Positions 12,351 through 22,007 of a DNA stretch of 64,000 nt are shown here, piece after piece. The DNA comes from Psammoneis japonica (Eukaryota): the NCBI GenBank assembly GCA_008632985.1, contig QPGO01000292.1:1-64000 (forward strand), in the 5' to 3' direction. Made by a program: the position numbers and the translations under genes. Under the pieces are notes generated by a model. It was not told the origin of the DNA. It saw only the letters and a program-made list of their open reading frames with translations, and searched no databases. The first letter of the stretch is position 1, and every line of letters begins with the position of its first letter.

Positions 12351-13779
12351 TGTTCCAGCTCCAGGTGGGACCTCGCAGTGCTGAACTGTGACATCAATGG
12401 TTTTTTGGATCGCGCCGCATGTCACGCACACAGATGGCTACGTGTGATGTTCTACAAAATTGTTTCATGCTTCCCATTTTGCGAAGCCAAAGGCTTTCCA
12501 TTTTCAACATTTGTGACAATGAAAGTGTGCTGGGTGTGTTCTTTGATGTCTGTAGAATGTGCCCATGCAAACCATTGTTCATGTGCCACAAGTGTGAAGG
12601 AGGAGATACGTTCGTAAAATTGCCTCTTTTTCTGTTGGCAATCATTTGTGTTTCAATTGATCAACAAATTTAACATGGAGCTTGCACGCAGAAGTCTGTG
12701 GGCCCAATGTCACACGGAGTCCCACCTGGGATTGGAACCCGTCCAATGTCAACCCGCATGCCTTGCTGTGGAAATGGGGCTGCAAATGCTTCCCTCTGGC
12801 ATGCATCACCTCGGAACATTGTGCTTTGATGCCCTGGATTGTGCGGAGCCATGCGTGGATTTTTGAGCACCCGACCATCATTCAAGACCACCACAAAATG
12901 CTTGAATGTGCCCTCATTCGATGCCATTGTGATGGAGATTGTGAGGCATCCGTTGTTCGTGGAGTCTTGGAGTTTCTGCCTGCAGCTCTAGACAAATGTT
13001 TCCCAGGCAGGTTGCAAGGCATTGTTTCAGGATGGGGAGAGTGCAACTTGGGCTTGGTGGAATGGATGGTTGAGAAGCATCCTGAATGCCTGAAACATCG
13101 TGACATGTGGGGACGGACTGCTTTGCACTGTGCGTGTGAGTCTCTTTCACCTGTTCACTGTGAAATGGATTTTGATCCATCATCAATGGAGAACAGGGCA
13201 AGCATTTGCCGCTTTGTCATGCAAGAGCATCCCGAGGCCATCCGCATCAAGGCACGATGAGGGGGCGGACTGCCACTTCATTGCCTGGCCCGCCAATGTA
13301 ACAGGAGACTGGTCCATGGCTCGTGATTGACATGTTGAAAGCACATCCCAAAGCTGCACACGTCAAGGCGTGCAACAATTGTCCAAAGTTGTCAAGTGTG
13401 CCTTTTGTCCAAGTGATCGGGCCACTCATGCAACAGCAGTCTCAGCTGAAACAAGAGGAAGAATCCCTTGAAGTTGGTAGAAGGCTCTTCAGGGGCTTTT
13501 CTGAGTCTGATGCGGGGGCTGGTGTTGTCCCCAAGAAAACCAGCAAAGCATTCTCCATGTGGGCAACAACTCATGTGGCTGCATTTCAGGATCAACGTGC
13601 TGCCCTTGAGGTGGAGATTGCAGGCATTCAAGAAGCTTTTGAAGGAGATGATGAGGAAAGTGACTTGGAAGGTGGAAGCGATGAAGACTCCTGCGCAGAC
13701 TCTGAAAGTGATGATGAGAGTCTGGGAGCCCAGGCCGACGCTGATGAAGATGATTTGGGTGAGGCGGATTAGGAAGCAA

Positions 13780-16700
13780 GGCCATTCTGAGCAACTGGCC
13801 CTGCGTTTGATGCCCGAGGTGTGGAGGTTGGGGCTGCGTCACTGTGGAGATGCATGCAAAGGCATTGCTGTGGGCATTTGTCACAATCTTGTCTCTTCAC
13901 CTTGAGAAATTGATGAGGAGCAAACTGTTGCAAATCAAATTGAGGCACAAATCAACAGTGCATGTCAGCGCACCGGGCTGGGCGCATTGCATTAGAATGT
14001 CAGCAACCCGGTGGATTGCAGGGCCCCACTTTGCACATTGGACGATTTGATGACTTGCTCATTGCCTGTGCAATTGTGTCTGCATGGGCTTTTGTGTCTT
14101 GACCAAGCTTCCAGAGTGCAAGGCAGGATTCATCACCTTGCAGCCACTGCCAGTGCAACCTCAAGTGCGGCATCTTTCTGTCAGCCATGTGCAGCTGGGT
14201 TTCAGTTTTTTCTTGACAGCAGCCACAAAAAGTGATGGCACTTGCTTTTGGACACAACAATGATTGGCCGTGCTTGCCACATTTTTTTTTCACAGGAACA
14301 ATGTTGTGATGACAACCAGTGGTGATTTTTACAAATGACAATGCCAACAACACAACATGCAACCCAAGCAGCATGATCCAGCAGAGGTGTCAGAGGGCAG
14401 GTGCTTTGGAAATCAGCAAAAGTGTCAGCAGCAGGTTGCTCTGGAAAAGAAAGAGACAATCTTTTTCACCCAGATGAAACACTTGCTTCATTTGAACACT
14501 GCACAAGTTCAAGGTGCCACTGTGACAATTTGGAGATCTTTCTGGGATGAGCAAATTCTGCTGGACAAGAAGTTGTTGTCACTGCCAGAAATGTCCTCAT
14601 GGAGAGGACTTCCTGCCTCTGTGTCAGAGTTGGTGCATTTGGCAGGGTCACACACACACAATGATGAAAACATCAGACAAAAAAGCCTGCAGGCAGGTGC
14701 ATCTGTGGGGGCACAACTTGTTTCTCCACCTCTGATGACTCACAAGCTGTTGTCTCTGATGCTCTCTTCAGCTCTCTGACAAGATCAGTGGTTTGCTTGA
14801 TGCTTGGTGCACTGTCAAAAAACTTCCAGGCATCCTCTCCCAGATGGAGTCTGCTGGCATGTGGCATGTGGTCAAGAAGATCTTGAAGCAGATGGCAGAG
14901 CACCAGAGCAAGCAGCTGCAGCTGGTGTGTGAGTGTTTGCCAAAAACCCACCTTGATGCCTGTTTCTGTTTGTGCCAAGTGCGCCAGTGTGTTGTCAAAT
15001 CACAAAATCAGCACAAGCCAAGTGCTGGCACCACACTTCATTCCTGCACTGCACATTTCCTGAGTGCAACACCTTGCATCTTGTGCCTCCATTCCACAAA
15101 CATGCTGTGTTGAGCAGGATGTGCTGAGAATGAGTCACATGGGTGTTGGAGTCACTTTGGCCTTCTTGTGCACACTGGGATGCCAGCAATGAAAAGAAGA
15201 GACCTTTGTTGCAGCAGTGCTGTTGCTCTTCTTTCTGCAGCAAAGTTCAAACAAATGACCCAGATTTCATCTGAGTCAAAGTTCACCCTCAAGCCAATCT
15301 GCCAAATTTTCAAAGCTTCTGCTTTGTGAATGAGCCAAGTGTGCAATGCGCCACATGAGGGCACCTGGTTGTTCACTAAAAAGAGAGAAGACCATCAGGT
15401 TCTTGGAGAAATGAAAAGTCAGAAAAGCAAGAAGCATGGGTGGGGGCTGTTGGACAAAAAAATCACAACCACACACCCAGCTGCTCTCTCAAAACAAGCC
15501 CATTGCAGCGGGGCTGGGACTTCTTCAGAGTTGCATCATTCTCCATTTTATGCTGATCAGCTTCTCTCAGATTGCTGCAGCACAGGATGAAGAAGAAACA
15601 AACAGAGACTGGCACAACATGAACACAAACACAGCATGCCACAACCTTCCAAAACAATTTTGCACACTCACAAAAAACTCACACCTCATGGCCAAGACAG
15701 CTCTGCCCAAAGAAATGCTGATGTTGCTGTGCTCTTGTCAAAAAAACAAACTTGTGAACAAAACATCTTTTCTTGAGTGTCAGACCAGTGCACCACTTCT
15801 TGTGTCAACCAGCAAAGTTTCAGTGTTGTTCTCCTTCTTTCTTCTTCAAGTTGACCATTGTTCTGGATCAAGTCCCACCCGCACTCAACACACTCTTCAA
15901 AAGAATGAAAACTTGGCAAGCACAAGGCACCAGAAAAACACAACCATGGCAAAGGAAACAGCCACTGAACAAGTGCACTTTTGGATGAAACTGATCTGGA
16001 CTGTGTTGGCACTTTTTGCTGTTTCAACCATTTTCTTTTTTCACAGGTTGTGGCTTGCAGCCCATTGCAACAAAACCCAGCTTCACATTTGTGGAGTGGC
16101 CAGAGCTCAATCAGGATGTTAAAAAAGCATTTTCAATTGCTGACTCCCAGACAGTGTGTTGGTGGTGTGTGGCGTGCAAGAGGAAATGGGAAAACTGCTG
16201 CAATTTTGAGTGCTTTGAAGGGATGGTGCAGAATGATCTCTGTGGGGCTTTCTAAAAAGGGGCACAATGAAGTGCAACATGAGTTTGTCAAAAAGTTGTC
16301 AGGCAGGATCAGTTTTCATTCTTTGCTGCAAAGCCAGATGGAGATTTTGACACAGATTTGTTTGCCGCCTGTCCTGTGTGACCCAGCCATTGTTGTGTCA
16401 ATGAAAGTCCACACTGCTGCAGAAGAGGTTTTGGAGGGATTGCTTGTGATGTGAAAAATTCTGCCGTGCAATTGGCTCAAACAAGATGAGGGTCAACAAG
16501 CAAGGCTTGTTGTGGATCTGTCCAGTTTGTGAGCAGCCACTTCCTCTGGGACAGACCTCACCAAAGTGTGTGTTGCTGAAGCTCACATTGGACCATTCTC
16601 ACAACCAGAGGAAACACTTTGCACTAACCAAAGAATGCCAAAAAGTTTCAAAGATCTTTGATGTTGATTAGAATCCACCACAAAATTGATTGTTGAGAAA

Positions 16701-17640
16701 TTTGTCCCCAGTGTGCTCACACTGCAGAAGGGCAGAAGGTGTGCTGCACTCTTCTTCAAGACAGGAGGCCTCTTTTTTGATGCTGATGTTGTGAAGGAGA
16801 TCATTGAGGAGATTCCAGGCAAACAGAAAAAAACATTGCTTGGGATGAATGAGACTTCATTCTTTTCTGTGACTTTGGTCAAGACATCTTCCACGACTTT
16901 TTCCACAGTTGTGGCTGGTTCTCCAACTCACATGCAGCTGCACATTGTGGAGCAATCAAGCAAGTTGGAGCCATGATGCTGCTGCTTCTCACTGCATGGC
17001 ACAAAGGAGCTGGCAGGCTTGTTCCTTTTCAGCCCTGCACAAAGCACACAAAAACTCCATGTGCTGGCCCAACCACCAAAGCATTGTCACAGCAGGCACA
17101 ACTTGCATGTGTGGTGCTTTGCCATCTCCAACACCACAAACACCAAACAAGACAACAACAGCATCTCAACCACTTCTTTTGTTCTCTGCAAAGTCTCTGC
17201 CATTTGGCATGTTGGTGTTGTCATTTGTGTGAGTTGCTCTTGCTCTTGCATTTTTTTTTGTGTGGCACAGGTGGCACTGGCATGTTGGCAGAGTGACTCC
17301 AAGACCTCCCTGTGATGTTCTTGGCTGTGCTCAGCTGAGAATGTTGATGCTTGTTGTGCTCAGCAGATTTGTTTTGCTCAACCAAGAATGGCTTGTTCAG
17401 CAACATGCATTTTTGTCCCCGGCTGCTCACCTGTGCATTTCTGATCAGCAAAGAATGATGTCACCTCTTGTTGTGTGCTCACTCAGTGGTTTCTTGTCAA
17501 TGCAACAGAATGAAGAAACTCCAAGCACACACTCCAAAAACGTGAAAAGCAAGGCCCCACCACAGCCAAAAACTCTGCGTGATTTCAGCAGCACTGAGCT
17601 GCTTGTGTCAAAACCCGATGACAGCAGTGCCGTGCATGAT
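13780..17640. other. Heavily degenerated DNA nearly devoid of both TpA and CpG (TG/CA-rich); original element not identifiable
   Basis: By eye, only a handful of TA and few CG dinucleotides in about 3.9 kb. ORFs are Cys/His/Gln-rich and nearly Tyr-free. Confidence 0.75.
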
Positions 17641-17659
17641 GAGCGGCCTTCGTTGCTGA

Positions 17660-17995
17660 CAGTGTGGTGACGAAACCACCTGGGGCCACGTGGGTCATGG
17701 AGAAGCTGGCAGCGGGATTGCCAGTTGCACAGTTGGAAAGCCTGGCATCACCAAGGGCGGTCAGACAGTGATCACATCCGATGTGCACCGGATGCGACCT
17801 CGGGCTTTTGTGTTCACCGACACAAATTGCACCCATGGACAGATGGATGGGGTGCCATGGGCCCGATGGAAATTTGCATGATCTTGGAACAAGCAGGCGA
17901 AATGGTGGATTACGGCAGTGTGGGTGACGACGCCGGACCCAAGAAGACATTCCCAGGAAAGCCGCACGTCACATGTGACAACCACTTTGACGGTT
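17660..17995 (+). mobile_element. piggyBac-like transposase fragment (frameshifted)
   Basis: CGDETTWG (D at 17669), KPGITKGGQ, RPRAF/HRHKLH and KPHVTCDNHF (17977-17988). These resemble the piggyBac DE and T.DNYF catalytic motifs, with Y->H. Confidence 0.6.
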
Positions 17996-19246
17996 TTTGG
18001 GCAACCTTGCTGAGTGGAGTCATGAGTGTTTTGGTGAGTGCATCCGCCGTCAAGTTTCTTCCCATTGCGGCCGAATGGGTTCCAGGCTTTACTCTTGGCA
18101 TGGGTCTTGTGGGCGTTGGATTCTCGCGGATTCTTCTTTCTCTCCAGGGGCCAACAAACAGAGCGCAGATTGTGGTGCGCGGCACGTGGTACGTGCGCAC
18201 GCAGGATCAGATTTTTTTTTTCTTGCGGGCATGATGGCGGCGCGGTTGACCCACAGGCTCAAGTTCAAGAAATGGGCTGGTGTGAAGGGCCGCCACGTGA
18301 ATCCCATTTTGCGAACATGGGTTGGCCTGCGCGTCTTTTTGCTGTCTTTTCTACGTGTGTTTTAGCAATGAAATTACGTGCAATCTGAGAATTTTGTTTC
18401 TCCCTCCGACACGGAAGCGAGAGCCTGTTTCTTTGCCATGACGCGACTGTGCCGGCATCTGAGTCGTCTGAAGAATGTGATGATTTCAAAGAACATGATG
18501 TCACTGTGAATGGCAACTCTAGATGCAATGTCACCAATTGCAATGGAAGTTTAAAAAATCAATGCCGCTGCAATCGCAATTGCCACAAACAGATTGTTTC
18601 ATTCTGCAGCGGCATCCACCTTGTCGCAGGGCTTCACGGTAGATTGTGCAATGTGAGCATCAACAGATTCAATGAGGGAATCACACAAACCACAAGCCAT
18701 CAAGTCCATCCGGAATGGTTCAATTTGAATGTGGGCTTGAGATTCGGGAGTGTCGGGATCAGATTCAAGTTTCACTGAACGGCAGCACCTTTCATTTTTG
18801 TTGGACTTTCTGCGAAATTCAACCAAGCCCTTGGATCCAGATCCCTTCTGGATTGAATCCGGTGCATCACTTTCGGCTGTTCCGACTGGAATGCCGCTAA
18901 CCTGGAGCACACGGTGAACGTCTGATGCGTTTGGCCAATTCCCATCAAAGCTTGCCAAGACGTGTGCTGTCAAAAGAATGAGAGCATTGTCAACTCTCTT
19001 TTTAACAGGACAACAACTTTTTTCCTTTCCTGCATTGCTGCTCTTTTCTTGCTGGATGCCATGCCCACAGTGCAAGAACGACGTTGACGGTTGATGATGT
19101 TGGTGTGAGAAAAATGGAAATTCAAATGACAAGTGCTGAATCACGCAGAGATGTGCCGTACGTGCCTTGTCATCGCTCGCAAGATCGCTCAACGCTTGGT
19201 ACGTGGTGCGGCCATGGCGAAAAAGAGACGGCATTTTCACAACAAA

Positions 19247-19340
19247 GGAAGGTGGGGCATCGGTCGCCGACGGCATGTTCGAGCCTTTAGAGCATCGAAA
19301 GGGACCAATGCAATTGTCGGCGACCGATGCCCCACCTTCC
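19247..19340. repeat. Perfect 25-bp inverted repeat with a 44-bp spacer
   Basis: GGAAGGTGGGGCATCGGTCGCCGAC (19247-19271) and its exact reverse complement (19316-19340). Confidence 0.9.
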
Positions 19341-19685
19341 ATTGTGCTCAAAAATCGCGACGGCGTGACGGCGCCATTTTGCCGTGCTTTGTCGCGGTGA
19401 AAAAGGCATGAGAGGTCACGAAAATCCACAATCTGACGGACAGATGACGGACCAAATGTTCGCCAAAAAGGTCACAAATCGGCACATATAAAATTATCTT
19501 AAATGATGGTTGTCAAACATTTGTCCGTTGAGGCGACATGCCAGCCCATTTGTTGAAGTTGAGCCTGTGGTTGACCGGACACACAGAATTGGAAGAGAAG
19601 ACCGCTAAGAGAGTAGAAACACACACACAAGAAACAAGGCTTCACATCACAGTGTATTTTGCTGGGGTCGCAGCGATACGGCAGC

Positions 19686-20660
19686 ATGTTGCTCAAGTTG
19701 ACAACTTTCCTGCTGACCCTTCTCTGCTGCTCAGTGGCGCCGGTGGAAGCAGCTGGCAACAATGATTGCCAGAACATTGACCAGAAATGTCCAGGTTGCT
19801 TTGGCTGCGCACTCTGGTGTCATGAAGTTGCCCATAAAGGCGGCACAGGCTATGAGAAGAAGTTGGTCTTGGTTGAACGAGCCACGGACTACTGCCTTGC
19901 GTCCAATTTTCCGAATGATGGCTGTGCCACAGGCCATTTTCCATTCTTCAGTTGTGAGAACGTCCAGCCCATTTCGGCAACATTCCATTCGTTCATTCCC
20001 GGTGAACTTGAGGTCTTGCGCTCTCCTGAGAGCATCTTCGAGGCCATTGACTCATTGAATGGCAACTTTGACGCGACGTTTGGCAGGCAAGAAAATGTCG
20101 CATCCTTGCAGGAACGTGTCGCCCTGCGCAACTTCACCGAACAAGCCTTCGAGAATGCACTCCTCGATGAAACGATGAGTCCAACCGTCTCGAACAAGCT
20201 CCACGAAGATTTTAGGCTCGATGTAAGTGCTTCCAAGTTGGCAGAGTTGACATCTGCAGAGAGCATCCGTCGCATGTATGATGCTTTCCAGGCATGTGAA
20301 GCTGTCCCAATTGCCAGCATCATTCTCCGTCGCAATTGCATGGAAGGCAACACACACATTGAGTGTCATCATGATGGAAGCATGGCCGTCATGCATGTCT
20401 GGCTGAACGACGATGGTTTAGAAGGAGGCAACCTGATTTGCCTCAATGGTGACGGATCCACCACCGTCGACACAGAGCCTGGCTCTGCTGTGTTTCACGG
20501 ATGGGACCTTGTCCATGGGGTGAACAGTTTCAACGGCACTGGGTGCATCCCAATGTTTGGAGGACAGAAGAACTGGCAGCAAGACATCTTCGCTGACATT
20601 CTTAACTTGGATTCGTCGGAAGACGCAAATGCCGACGGTTCTGTCAATGCTGAACTGTGA
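19686..20660 (+). CDS. Signal-peptide protein with a C-terminal 2OG-Fe(II) oxygenase-like domain; TpA-depleted, possibly inactivated
   Basis: Hydrophobic N-terminus MLLKLTTFLLTLLCCSVAPVEA. HxD (CHHDG), LND...EGGNL and distal HGV motifs. The usual GTRY-like motif reads GTGC. Confidence 0.6.
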   Translation: MLLKLTTFLLTLLCCSVAPVEAAGNNDCQNIDQKCPGCFGCALWCHEVAHKGGTGYEKKLVLVERATDYCLASNFPNDGCATGHFPFFSCENVQPISATFHSFIPGELEVLRSPESIFEAIDSLNGNFDATFGRQENVASLQERVALRNFTEQAFENALLDETMSPTVSNKLHEDFRLDVSASKLAELTSAESIRRMYDAFQACEAVPIASIILRRNCMEGNTHIECHHDGSMAVMHVWLNDDGLEGGNLICLNGDGSTTVDTEPGSAVFHGWDLVHGVNSFNGTGCIPMFGGQKNWQQDIFADILNLDSSEDANADGSVNAEL

Positions 20661-21013
20661 TTTTGATGGAACACCATGCGATGCACCAATTGGGACACCC
20701 CACTTTTTTGTTCAGCTTCATCATTTTCAGTTCTTCATTTCCTTGGCATTGTGTTTAGTCCAATCACATCTTACATCGACGCCCTGCGGCATCCGTCCAA
20801 CGTCTTGGACGTTTCAATGCGCTTTTCACAGATTTTAATGCGACACAATGAACTGTCCCGCACATTGGTCCCTTCCTTTGGAGTGCCTTGCTTTTGGTGG
20901 TTGCAAGTCGGAATTGGGATTGAGGAGGCCAGCGGGTCACTTTCAATCATCTTTTGCTGCAGTGAGGGACCAGGGACCGCGATTCTGGTGCTGGCTTGAG
21001 TGCATTCAGACAG

Positions 21014-22002
21014 TTGGATAAATGCTGTGTGATGATGCTGTGCACAACACATGCCCAAATGTGTGTGCGGAGAAGGGACTCAACAATTGGCCGAGTGGCA
21101 ATTTCTTTGCCTCTTGAGTTGTTGAGAACCTCCCGCACTCGTTGGGCAGGGTGCAGCATTCTGAGTGGTTATGAGTCTTTGCGCTTCCTGAGGTCGCTGG
21201 TTCGAGTCGGCCTCAAATCCAAGCCTCCTTTTCTTTCTCGGCCTGCCCCTTTTCTGCCCCATCCGGGGTGGGCGGTTGGGCTTCGAACCCACTCCTCCCT
21301 TGGCATTGGCCGGATGCGCCACATGGCGCTAACCCATCCGCCTGCCTGACAGAGGGAGTGCATGGTCAAATTCGTAAGTCCGCCGTGCGGATGCGCCACA
21401 TGGCGACAACCCATCCTGCGACGAGAGGGAGAGTTGGATAAATGCTGTGTGATGATGCTGTGCACAACACATGCCTAAATGTGTGTGCGGAGAAGGGACT
21501 CAACAATTAGCCGAGTGGTAATTTCTTTGCCTCTTGGGTTGTTGAGAACCTCCCGCACTCGTTAGGTAGTGTACAGTGTTCTGAGTGGTTATGAGTCTTT
21601 ACGCTTCCTGAGGTCGCTGGTTCGAGTCGGCCTCAAATCCAAGCCTCCTTTTCTTTCTCGGCCTGCCCCTTTTCTACCCCATCCGGGGTGGGCGGTTGGG
21701 CTTTGAACCCACTCCTCCCTTGGTGTTGGCCGGATGCGCCACATGGCGCTAACCCATCCGCCTGCCTGACAGAGGGAGTGCATGGTCAAATTCGTAAGTC
21801 TGCCGTGCGGATGCGCCACATGGCGACAACCCATCCTGCGACGAGAGGGAGAGTTGGATAAATGCTGTGTGATGATGCTGTGCACAACACATGCCTAAAT
21901 GTGTGTGCGGAGAAGGGACTCAACAATTGGCCGAGTGGCAATTTCTTTGCCTCTTGGGTTGTTGAGAACCTCCCGCACTCGTCAGGCAGTGCACAGCATT
22001 CT
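21014..22002 (+). mobile_element. Tandem TRIM-like array (LTR-internal-LTR-internal-LTR, 420-bp period)
   Basis: 149-bp repeats at 21014-21162, 21434-21582 and 21854-22002. The internal 271 bp starts with GGTTATGAG (tRNA-Met-type primer site) and ends with the purine tract GAGAGGGAGAG. GACAG flanks both ends (21009-21013, 22003-22007). Confidence 0.8.
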
Positions 22003-22007
22003 GACAG

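Larger units (their letters stand above)
6116..13772 (+). pseudogene. Ankyrin-like diatom family gene, split by the Copia insertion at 6486-12350 and hypermutated
   Basis: The frame ...NPILHEAVTLLINDVF|QLQVG continues across the target-site duplication. Downstream are KHPECLKHRDMWGRTALHCACE, QEHPEA and GGLPLHCL (ankyrin-like, with H/C where Y is expected) and an acidic tail at 13650-13772. In-frame TGA stops occur. The 5' boundary is approximate. Confidence 0.55.

Noticed and set aside
13780..17640. Many 60-230 aa ORFs as real genes (also at 43.5-49.4 and 50.9-52.3 kb)
   Set aside because: They overlap in all frames, show no recognisable domains, and are expected once TAA/TAG are depleted.
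21899..22007. N-terminus of the 1442-aa ORF as the true Copia start
   Set aside because: It lies in the third TRIM LTR and is a chance in-frame fusion.
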